64,000 nt of DNA from Patescibacteria group bacterium. GTDB taxonomy: Bacteria > Patescibacteriota > Patescibacteriia > UM-FILTER-42-10. Location of the stretch: positions 3,654 through 67,653 of the forward strand of contig JBAYGW010000005.1 of NCBI GenBank assembly GCA_041666485.1, given 5' to 3'. Of this stretch, positions 19,873 through 27,636 are shown piece after piece. Position 1 is the first letter of the stretch; each line of letters opens with the position of its first letter. Below the pieces are notes generated by a model, which was not told the DNA's origin, ran no database searches, and worked only from the letters and a program-made list of their open reading frames with translations. The position numbers were made by a program, and so were the translations under genes.

Positions 19873-21672
19873 ATGAAAAAAGAAACACCAATTGAGCTTA
19901 AACGCCATTCGCTCGCGCATGTCATGGCGGCGGCCGTTGCCAATCTGTACCCCGGAGCTAAATTCGGCGTCGGTCCGATAATTGATAACGGGTTTTATTA
20001 TGATATTGATCTCCCAGAACAGCTTTCGCCTGATGATCTGAAAAAAATTGAAAAAGAAATGATCCGGCTGATTAATCAGAAACTCGCTTTTGAGCTGGAA
20101 GAGCTTCCGATCAAAAAAGCGATTGAATTTTTTACCAAACAGAAACAGGATTATAAAATTGAGCTACTTAATGATCTGCAACAGAAAGGCACCACCCGGA
20201 TTTCAGAGGAAGAAGCACAGGATCTGGATCCGAAGCAGAAAGACAAAGTAACAATTTATAAAACCGGCGATTTCACTGATTTATGCCGCGGCCCGCATGT
20301 TGATACTACAGAGCAACTGCAGAATTGCGCATTTTCTTTGGATAGAATCGCCGGAGCCTATTGGCGCGGTGATGAGAAGAATAAACAACTGACCAGAATT
20401 TACGGTTTGGCATTCAACAGCAAAAAAGAACTGTCGGAGTATAAACACAATCTGGAACTGGCCAAAGAAAGAGACCACCGAAAAATCGGCAAAGAGCTGG
20501 GGCTTTTCCATATTTCACCGGAAGTAGGCGCGGGATTACCGCTTTGGACCCCGAAGGGCACAACCATCCGTAGGGAGCTGGAAAAATTCCTGACTGAACT
20601 GCAGGAAAAGGACGGCTATGACCAGGTGATTACTCCGCATATCGGCAAAATTGATCTATATAAAACATCCGGCCACTGGCAGAATTACCGTGAAAACATC
20701 TATTCCCCGATGAATATTGACGGGGAAGAATTTGTGCTGAAGCCGATGAACTGCCCGCACCACATTCATATCTATTCCTCTCAAATGCGCAGTTATCGGG
20801 ATCTGCCGATTCGTCTTTCCGAATTCGGCACTGTTTACCGCTATGAACAATCCGGCGAACTGACCGGCCTGGTCCGGGCGCGCGGGTTTACGATTGATGA
20901 TGCTCATATCTTCTGCCGAACTGATCAGATTAAAGAAGAATTTTCCAATGTGATTGAACTGATCAAAACAGTTTTCTCCACCCTGAAATTCAAAGACTTT
21001 GAAGCACGCATCGGACTCCGGGATCCGAAATCCAGCAAATATGTCGGATCGGATGAGCTGTGGGAACGCGCTGAAAAAGAGATTGAAGAAGTGGTTAAAT
21101 CAAAGAAAGTTAAATACATCAAACAGGAGGGTGAAGCCGCTTTCTACGGACCGAAGCTGGATTTCGTAGTCAGAGACGTGATCAATCGTGAATGGCAACT
21201 GGGAACGATCCAGGTGGATTATAACCTGCCTGAGCGGTTTAAACTGGTATACAAAGGTGCGGACGATAAAGACCACCGTCCGGTGATGATCCACCGCGCG
21301 CCTTTCGGTTCCATGGAGCGGTTTGTCGGAATCATGATTGAACATTTCGGCGGAGCTTTCCCGACCTGGCTCTCCCCTACGCAAGTTTATGTCATTCCGG
21401 TCGGCAAAGACCATTTCAAATTCTCAGAGGAATTGGGCAAATCGCTGAAAGCACAGGGTATCCGTACGGAAGTTGATCTGAACCGGGAAACGGTCGGCTA
21501 TAAAATCCGTAAAGCGGAAAAACTGAAAGTATCCTACATGCTGGTAATCGGCGACAAGGAAGTAAAAGATAAAGATCTGACTGTCCGCGCCAGAGGATCC
21601 AAAGATACCAAGCAGATGAAACAGGAAGAATTTGTGGAAAAGATCCAGAAAGAAATTAAGGAAAGGAAATAA
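19873..21672 (+). CDS. thrS: Threonyl-tRNA synthetase (lacks long N-terminal editing extension)
   Basis: Class II motifs. 'HRKIGKELGLF'. Anticodon-binding C-terminus. Confidence 0.93.
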   Translation: MKKETPIELKRHSLAHVMAAAVANLYPGAKFGVGPIIDNGFYYDIDLPEQLSPDDLKKIEKEMIRLINQKLAFELEELPIKKAIEFFTKQKQDYKIELLNDLQQKGTTRISEEEAQDLDPKQKDKVTIYKTGDFTDLCRGPHVDTTEQLQNCAFSLDRIAGAYWRGDEKNKQLTRIYGLAFNSKKELSEYKHNLELAKERDHRKIGKELGLFHISPEVGAGLPLWTPKGTTIRRELEKFLTELQEKDGYDQVITPHIGKIDLYKTSGHWQNYRENIYSPMNIDGEEFVLKPMNCPHHIHIYSSQMRSYRDLPIRLSEFGTVYRYEQSGELTGLVRARGFTIDDAHIFCRTDQIKEEFSNVIELIKTVFSTLKFKDFEARIGLRDPKSSKYVGSDELWERAEKEIEEVVKSKKVKYIKQEGEAAFYGPKLDFVVRDVINREWQLGTIQVDYNLPERFKLVYKGADDKDHRPVMIHRAPFGSMERFVGIMIEHFGGAFPTWLSPTQVYVIPVGKDHFKFSEELGKSLKAQGIRTEVDLNRETVGYKIRKAEKLKVSYMLVIGDKEVKDKDLTVRARGSKDTKQMKQEEFVEKIQKEIKERK

Positions 21673-21675
21673 CAT

Positions 21676-22737
21676 ATGTCAGCAGAATTCCGACCAAACA
21701 CAACCCCGCCACCTGATAATGACCGGGTTGAAGATGAAATAATTGATACTGAACCAAAATGGAAAAAACCGGTTGATCTGCAATTAGAAATGCCGGCGCT
21801 GTTTGATTTGGGAAATATATCAAAGATAACCGGTAAACCGATTGAACGCATAGAAGTCGTAAATTCAGCAAGAAAGAATAGTGGGGATCTTGAAAAATTC
21901 TTGGTCAGATATTATGCGGAATGCAGTGTTTATTATGCAACATCTAATACAAACTACCAGATGAAACCGGCATATAATAACCATCTGGCCCTCCACACGC
22001 AAATGCCGGATCAAACAGTACCGAAACCAGTCGGTTTTATTGAAGAGGTTAATGCTGTCATTTATGAAGAACTGGCGGGAGAGAATTTTGTTGAGCATAT
22101 GCAAAGTTCTTCATATGAAAATAAGTTAGAACTATTTCGAAAAGCCGGCAAAGTATTAAATCAAATGCACCAAGTAAATCCTGAGTCTGTTGATTCCAGC
22201 GCAAATACATCCAACGCCAGTCTGGAAAACATAATGTCATCAATTAACTCTGATACATTTATTGAGCTTGAAGCACGAGATCCGGAATTCACTGCCAGAC
22301 TGAAAGAATTATACGAAAAACTTGTTGCATATGAAACAAGACTAATAGCTGATTCTGAATTAGTAGTTGCGCATGGCGATTTTCATCCTAAAAATCTTAT
22401 AGTTACCGATGAAGAAAGTATCGGCATTGTTGATTTTACCGACGTATCTGTTACTGCACGCGGGCGTGATATCGGCGGGTTTTTGGAACAGACATATGCA
22501 ATAATCAGAGACCAGGAAGATTTAGAAACAGACGAACGGATTAGTCAATATCAAGAAGCTTTCATCGCCGGTTATGGCGATGGCATTAAGCTGGATGATC
22601 AGGAGGTCAAATTCTATCAAGCTTGGCAAGCATGGCGAAATTCAATGTATTACGCAGGAAAAGTAGTGCCTGATTTTGTTAGAGCAGAAAATTATCTACA
22701 AAGAGCAGTAAACCATTTTGCGGAAGTCCGCCAATAA
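21676..22737 (+). CDS. APH/ChoK-like phosphotransferase (kinase-fold) family protein
   Basis: Catalytic loop 'HGDFHPKN' and 'IVDFTD' (Brenner and DFG-like motifs). Starts 4 nt after the thrS stop. Confidence 0.6.
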   Translation: MSAEFRPNTTPPPDNDRVEDEIIDTEPKWKKPVDLQLEMPALFDLGNISKITGKPIERIEVVNSARKNSGDLEKFLVRYYAECSVYYATSNTNYQMKPAYNNHLALHTQMPDQTVPKPVGFIEEVNAVIYEELAGENFVEHMQSSSYENKLELFRKAGKVLNQMHQVNPESVDSSANTSNASLENIMSSINSDTFIELEARDPEFTARLKELYEKLVAYETRLIADSELVVAHGDFHPKNLIVTDEESIGIVDFTDVSVTARGRDIGGFLEQTYAIIRDQEDLETDERISQYQEAFIAGYGDGIKLDDQEVKFYQAWQAWRNSMYYAGKVVPDFVRAENYLQRAVNHFAEVRQ

Positions 22738-22740
22738 TTA

Positions 22741-24027
22741 ATGCCGAAATATTACAACCACATCCTGGGCTGCCAGATGAACAAGCTGGACGCGGAAAAG
22801 ATGGATGCCCTACTAGATGCGATGGGTTTCACATCAACCACTAAGGAATCAGAAGCGGATCTGATCAATGTTTTGGCGTGTTCAGTCAGACAGTCCGCTA
22901 TCAACCGGATCGACGGCAAATTGAAAGTTTGGAATAAACTGCGGAAAGAAAAACCGCTAACCACCCTTCTGACCGGATGTGTACTGCCTAAAGACAAAAA
23001 AGGAATCGGCAAGCAGTTTGACATTTTACTGGACATGTCGCAATTGCACACACTCCCCCAGCTTTTGAAAAAGCGCATGCAGGATATTGAGGACATTTTC
23101 CCTGACAGCGACTATTTCAAACTGCCGACCAAACACAAATCTCCTTTTCAGGCATTTGTAACAATCCAAAACGGGTGTAATAAATTTTGCCGGTATTGCG
23201 CCGTCCCCTACACCAGGGGCAGAGAAATTTCGAGACCCGCCGACCAGATTATTGCAGAGGTTAAAGACCTGGTTGAAAATGGATATAAAGAAATTACCCT
23301 GCTCGGCCAAACTGTAAATTCCTATATCAATCCGGAAAAAGGAACAGTTAAATCATTTGCTGATTTGCTTAAAGTATTGGGGCAAATCAAAGGCGATTTC
23401 TGGATTCGTTTTATTTCTCCATACCCGACTGATTTTTCTGATGAATTGATCGACGTTATAGTCAGTGATAAAAAAATATGCCCGCATCTGCACATACCGG
23501 TTCAAGCAGGCAGTAACGACATGCTGAAAAAAATGCTCCGGAAATACACGAGGGAAGAATATTTGGACCTGATCAAAAGGATCCGTAACAAAATGCCGGA
23601 TGTGGCAATAACTACGGATATCATCGTCGGGTTCTGCGATGAAACAGAAGAGAATTTTGCAGACACATTGGACTTGTACGAAAAAGTTAAATTTGATATG
23701 GCATACTTAGCGCAGTATTCCAAAAGACCCGGCACACAAGCGACAAAACTTTTTAAAGACAATATTCCGCAGAAAGTGAAAAAGCAACGGGAAGTGGCTT
23801 TGAATGAAGTGGTAAAGAAATATGCGCTTCTGAATAATCAGAAACTACTGAATAAAACAGTTACAGTCCTGCCGGAGAACATGAGAAAGGGTTTGTTGTT
23901 CGGGAAGACTGATAATAATAAACCAATCCAAATACAACGCGGAACCAAGGATCTGATTGGAAAATTTATTTCCGTCAAAGTCACCAAAGTTAATCCGTGG
24001 AGTTTGGAAGGCAGTTTAAAAAAATAA
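22741..24027 (+). CDS. miaB: tRNA methylthiotransferase MiaB (radical SAM)
   Basis: N-terminal 'GCQMN'. Radical-SAM 'CNKFCRYCAVP'. TRAM-like C-terminus. Confidence 0.85.
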   Translation: MPKYYNHILGCQMNKLDAEKMDALLDAMGFTSTTKESEADLINVLACSVRQSAINRIDGKLKVWNKLRKEKPLTTLLTGCVLPKDKKGIGKQFDILLDMSQLHTLPQLLKKRMQDIEDIFPDSDYFKLPTKHKSPFQAFVTIQNGCNKFCRYCAVPYTRGREISRPADQIIAEVKDLVENGYKEITLLGQTVNSYINPEKGTVKSFADLLKVLGQIKGDFWIRFISPYPTDFSDELIDVIVSDKKICPHLHIPVQAGSNDMLKKMLRKYTREEYLDLIKRIRNKMPDVAITTDIIVGFCDETEENFADTLDLYEKVKFDMAYLAQYSKRPGTQATKLFKDNIPQKVKKQREVALNEVVKKYALLNNQKLLNKTVTVLPENMRKGLLFGKTDNNKPIQIQRGTKDLIGKFISVKVTKVNPWSLEGSLKK

Positions 24028-24051
24028 GCCTTGTCCAAGCGGGAGCAAAGC

Positions 24052-24570
24052 TTAATGATTGAAAAGTGAGAACAGGCGGTATGCCGCGAGAGCTGTGGTC
24101 AGAACACCGACCATGTTCCCAGTGAAAATGAGCAGATACGCGCGCGGCAGTTTCAGAAGCCGCGCTGTGATGACGGATGCCGTGACCGCGTACGGCAGAA
24201 GCGGGATGGCGACCAGGATGAAGATCACGACGCTCGGGTACCGGCTGTTCACGATGTAGCTTGTGAGCATGTCGCGGAAACGTTGCAGACCGGCGTTGAT
24301 TGCGAAAAGCCGCAGCTCCATCTGGTGTGAACGGCCATTGGCGCCGTTCTGCCGGAGGACGCGTCTGGTGAGCGCAATCGTCTGCTCGCCCAGCCACAGC
24401 AGCATCTCGGGGAAGTAGAACATCAGCGACATCCCGATGCTCGAGCCGATGAGCAGTGTGAGGAACCCCTTCCAGAAGCCATACCCGGCCAGAAAGACAG
24501 CAAACGCCGTCACCTCTTCCTGCCAGATGGCCGACCAAACGAAGAATAGCTCGTCCAACAAGAAAACCAC
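24052..24570 (-). CDS. Hypothetical membrane protein encoded in a GC-rich island (possibly DedA/VTT-like)
   Basis: 172 aa, 4-5 TM segments. Codon usage and GC content differ sharply from the neighbours. The family call is weak. Confidence 0.35.
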   Translation of the reverse strand: MVFLLDELFFVWSAIWQEEVTAFAVFLAGYGFWKGFLTLLIGSSIGMSLMFYFPEMLLWLGEQTIALTRRVLRQNGANGRSHQMELRLFAINAGLQRFRDMLTSYIVNSRYPSVVIFILVAIPLLPYAVTASVITARLLKLPRAYLLIFTGNMVGVLTTALAAYRLFSLFNH

Positions 24571-24692
24571 GTGTTGACCTCCTGTCAGGGTGAATCCAAA
24601 GGCAGGAACGAAGTATCATAATTTAACATAAACTTATTTGTAGGTCAACGTTTAAAAACAGTAACCATTGCGAGGAGTCCCGTTAGTAATCT

Positions 24693-24764
24693 GTCATGCT
24701 GAACTAGTTTCAGCATCTCCGGTTCCATAGCGATGAGGGATTCTGAAACGAGTTCAGAATGACA
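24693..24764. repeat. 72-bp palindromic MITE/REP-like element, copy A
   Basis: GTCATGCTGAAC...GTTCAGAATGAC terminal inverted repeats with two internal hairpins. Near-identical arms to copy B at 36978-37047. Confidence 0.6.
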
Positions 24765-24826
24765 ATTGATAGCACTCGGGGGGGGCATCCCGCTCTTGTC
24801 TAAACAATCGTATCGATAACAAACAA

Positions 24827-25705
24827 ATGAAAAAACTAATCGTAATCCTAGGTCCAACCGCATCCGGAAAAACCGGCATGTCTTTAGCATTGGCAAAAAA
24901 ATTTAAAGGCTTCGTTATCTCCGCAGACTCGCGTCAGATTTACCGCGGAATGGATATCGGCACCGGAAAATTGACCAGGGATAAATGGCAAGGAATCACC
25001 CACCGCATGATTGATATTATTGATCCCGATCAGGAATACAGTCTGGCGCAGTTTCAAAAAACAGTATTTGCCATTATTAATGAAGAGCAAAACTTATTGC
25101 CGATCATGGTCGGCGGAACCGGACTTTATATTCAGTCGATCGTGGATAATCTGGATATTCCCAAAGGAGGAATGGATAAAGTTTTGCGCAAGGAATTGGA
25201 TGCAAAAACACCTGAGGAACTTTTCAAAATGCTGATTCAGCTGGACTATAAATCCGCCCAGGAAATAGATATTAATAATAAAAGAAGGCTGATCCGGGCG
25301 ATAGAAGTTTTCAAAGTTTCCGGCGAAAAGTATTCGGAAAAAAAAGGAAAAAACAGTCCCCTAGTGCAGGCACTGCAAATCGGCATTAAATTATCCAGAG
25401 AAGAAATGTACCGGCGCATTGACCGGCGGGTGGATGAAATGATCCAAGCAGGCCTTTTGGATGAAGTAAAAACGCTTGGTGAAAAGTTCGGCTTTGATAT
25501 CCCCTCCATGTCCGCCATCGGCTACCAACAACTGTCCGCGTATTTTAAAAAGGAAATTTCATTAGCTGAAGCGGTGGCCCAAATCAAGAACGACTCACAT
25601 CATTATGCCAAAAGGCAGATGACCTGGTTTAAGCGCGACCATCGGATCAAATGGATAACATCCGTGGATGAAGCGGAAGAGCTGGTTGCTGATTTTCTGG
25701 GGTAA
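24827..25705 (+). CDS. miaA: tRNA dimethylallyltransferase
   Basis: P-loop 'GPTASGKT'. IPPT family layout. 292 aa. Confidence 0.9.
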   Translation: MKKLIVILGPTASGKTGMSLALAKKFKGFVISADSRQIYRGMDIGTGKLTRDKWQGITHRMIDIIDPDQEYSLAQFQKTVFAIINEEQNLLPIMVGGTGLYIQSIVDNLDIPKGGMDKVLRKELDAKTPEELFKMLIQLDYKSAQEIDINNKRRLIRAIEVFKVSGEKYSEKKGKNSPLVQALQIGIKLSREEMYRRIDRRVDEMIQAGLLDEVKTLGEKFGFDIPSMSAIGYQQLSAYFKKEISLAEAVAQIKNDSHHYAKRQMTWFKRDHRIKWITSVDEAEELVADFLG

Positions 25706-25710
25706 TTGCC
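25657..25710. repeat. Direct repeat copy 1 (3' end of miaA) of a ~41-54 bp duplication
   Basis: 'gaagcggaagagctggttgctgattttctggggtaattgcc' recurs at 26190-26230 with 3 mismatches. Confidence 0.7.
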
Positions 25711-25874
25711 TAATCTTCTTCATATAACAAAACGGTGATAAGATACAAGATATGCGATATGTTCGCATAATAACAAGTTTGCGTACAGACACACCTTATC
25801 CTACAATGCTTACCCTCATTCCCCAATTACCAGTTACTAGTTACTAACTACTTAATCAATATAATACTGCCATT

Positions 25875-26165
25875 ATGAAATTTGACGAGCCGCCAAAACC
25901 AGAAGGATTCAGCAAATATCAGATGGATATCATGCACGAAATTGAGCATGGCCGAGCTTCAAGCGTTGAAGAAGCGGTTAAAATAGTGGAACTGGCCATG
26001 TTTGAGCAACGCATAGAACAATTTTCCGAAGACGATTTAAAACGCGATGCGGACGGATCCTGGCATACTTTTGAACAAAAAATCAAGGCGGTTTTCCCCG
26101 AACTACCGGAAGATCGGCAAAGAGCTATGAAAGCGGCCGTCACCATGCATTTATGCGGAATGTGA
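25875..26165 (+). CDS. Small acidic hypothetical protein, flanked by the miaA-3' direct repeats
   Basis: 96-aa ORF. No motif recognised. Confidence 0.35.
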   Translation: MKFDEPPKPEGFSKYQMDIMHEIEHGRASSVEEAVKIVELAMFEQRIEQFSEDDLKRDADGSWHTFEQKIKAVFPELPEDRQRAMKAAVTMHLCGM

Positions 26166-26176
26166 TTTAGCGGCTG

Positions 26177-26230
26177 TTAAATCGGTGCAAGAAGCGGAAG
26201 AGCTGGTTGCTGGTTTTTTGGGGTAATTCC
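26177..26230. repeat. Direct repeat copy 2: an in-frame remnant of the miaA 3' end ('..EAEELVAGFLG*')
   Basis: Matches 25657-25710. Would encode the same last 10 aa as MiaA with one substitution. Confidence 0.7.
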
Positions 26231-26266
26231 CCTAGTGTCAAAGCATATGTGTAGCTACGGGAAGGC

Positions 26267-26374
26267 ATCAGTACCCATTGCGAATCCTGATTCGCCAGCT
26301 GGCGAACGAAGGGTGAAGCAACCCCGATATATCAGCACCCATTGCGAACCTTGTGCAACAAGGTGTGGCAATCC
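26267..26374. repeat. Two tandem ~45-58-nt units with conserved flanks (TCAGYACCCATTGCGAAYC ... GGTGNRGCAAYCCC) and different perfect palindromes at the core
   Basis: Unit 1 core is TTCGCCAGCTGGCGAA (26290-26305). Unit 2 core is CCTTGTgcaACAAGG (26348-26362). Confidence 0.5.
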
Positions 26375-26561
26375 CGTTCCTTTTGACTTAAGTGTATCCA
26401 TTCCGGGGGTCTTCTCCTGTCTTTTGCTTTCATCCTTATGTGTGGCCCCGGTCCCAGATTTTGGGGTTTTCTCGTTGTTCTTCTTAATAAAACAAAATGG
26501 TGGTAAAATACAGGATATAAAGAAAATAAGTGTTTATGAATTAATCTAATTATATTTTCAC

Positions 26562-27632
26562 ATGAAAAATGGTAAGCATAAGAATAATGTAGTAGAGCTT
26601 TTTTCAGGTTGCGGTGGTTTTTCTTGTGGTTTTGAAAAAGCGGGATTTAATATTTTTTTAGGAGTCGATAATGATCAACCATCTTTAGATACATTTAAAA
26701 AAAATCATCAAAATTCAGTAGTCATGAATTTAGATTTATCACGAAATAATGCAATCGATAAAATTATTAAAGTTACTAATGGAACGAAGGTTGATATTAT
26801 AATTGCTGGTCCTCCATGCCAGGGTTTCTCTTTAACTGGAACCAGACTAAAAGATGATAAAAGGAATAAATTATTTAATACCGTTTTTGATTTAGCAGAA
26901 CATTTAAAACCAAAAGCAATCATAATAGAAAACGTTCCAGGCCTCGAAACACTTTATGGAGGTGTAGCAAAAAAAAGGATTTTAGAAAGATATGATGAGT
27001 TAGGTTATGAAGTAACTAGCCATGTACTTTTTGCACCAGATTTTGGTGTACCACAGATTAGAAAAAGAATTGTTTTTGTAGGAATATTAAAAAAAATTGG
27101 TAAAAAATTCATTTTTTCAAAACCATTGCTTAATAAAGACAATTATGTAAATTGTGAAGAGGCAATTGGTGACTTGCCAAAACGAGAAAAAGAGTTTGGG
27201 AATGAAGTTGATAAGTATATAAAGGCACCAAAAACTAAATACCAAAAAGAGATGAGGGGAAAAACAATAAAGTTATTTAATCACGTAAGCACAAAACATT
27301 CACCCCATGTTATTGATGTTATCTCCCAAGTACCGGAAGGTGGCAACTACAAAAACTTACCGAAAGGTGTTGGAGAAACAAGAAAATTCAACGAGGCATG
27401 GACACGTTATCATAGTAAAAAACCATCAAAAACAATAGATACGGGTCATAGAAATCATTTTCATTACAAATATAATCGTGTGCCTACTGTTAGAGAAAAC
27501 GCACGTTTACAGTCTTTTCCTGATCATTTTATATTCACTGGAAGCAAAACTCAACAATATAGGCAGGTTGGTAACGCTGTACCTCCACTATTAGCATATT
27601 CTATTGCAAAAGAATTATTGAAGTATATTTAA
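26562..27632 (+). CDS. DNA (cytosine-5)-methyltransferase, copy 1
   Basis: Motif I 'LFSGCGGFSCGF', motif IV 'GPPCQGFS', motif VI 'ENVPGL', motif X 'GNAVPP'. Very AT-rich gene. Confidence 0.9.
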   Translation: MKNGKHKNNVVELFSGCGGFSCGFEKAGFNIFLGVDNDQPSLDTFKKNHQNSVVMNLDLSRNNAIDKIIKVTNGTKVDIIIAGPPCQGFSLTGTRLKDDKRNKLFNTVFDLAEHLKPKAIIIENVPGLETLYGGVAKKRILERYDELGYEVTSHVLFAPDFGVPQIRKRIVFVGILKKIGKKFIFSKPLLNKDNYVNCEEAIGDLPKREKEFGNEVDKYIKAPKTKYQKEMRGKTIKLFNHVSTKHSPHVIDVISQVPEGGNYKNLPKGVGETRKFNEAWTRYHSKKPSKTIDTGHRNHFHYKYNRVPTVRENARLQSFPDHFIFTGSKTQQYRQVGNAVPPLLAYSIAKELLKYI

Positions 27633-27636
27633 CTCT

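Noticed and set aside
23990-24619. 209-aa Arg/His-rich ORF on the minus strand in GC island 1
   Set aside because: Typical wrong-frame artifact of GC-rich DNA. The overlapping 172-aa frame gives a coherent membrane protein.
26235-26549. 104-aa ORF upstream of the first methyltransferase
   Set aside because: Overlaps the tandem palindrome-containing repeat units. Cys/Pro-rich low-complexity translation. More likely a regulatory or structured DNA region than a protein.
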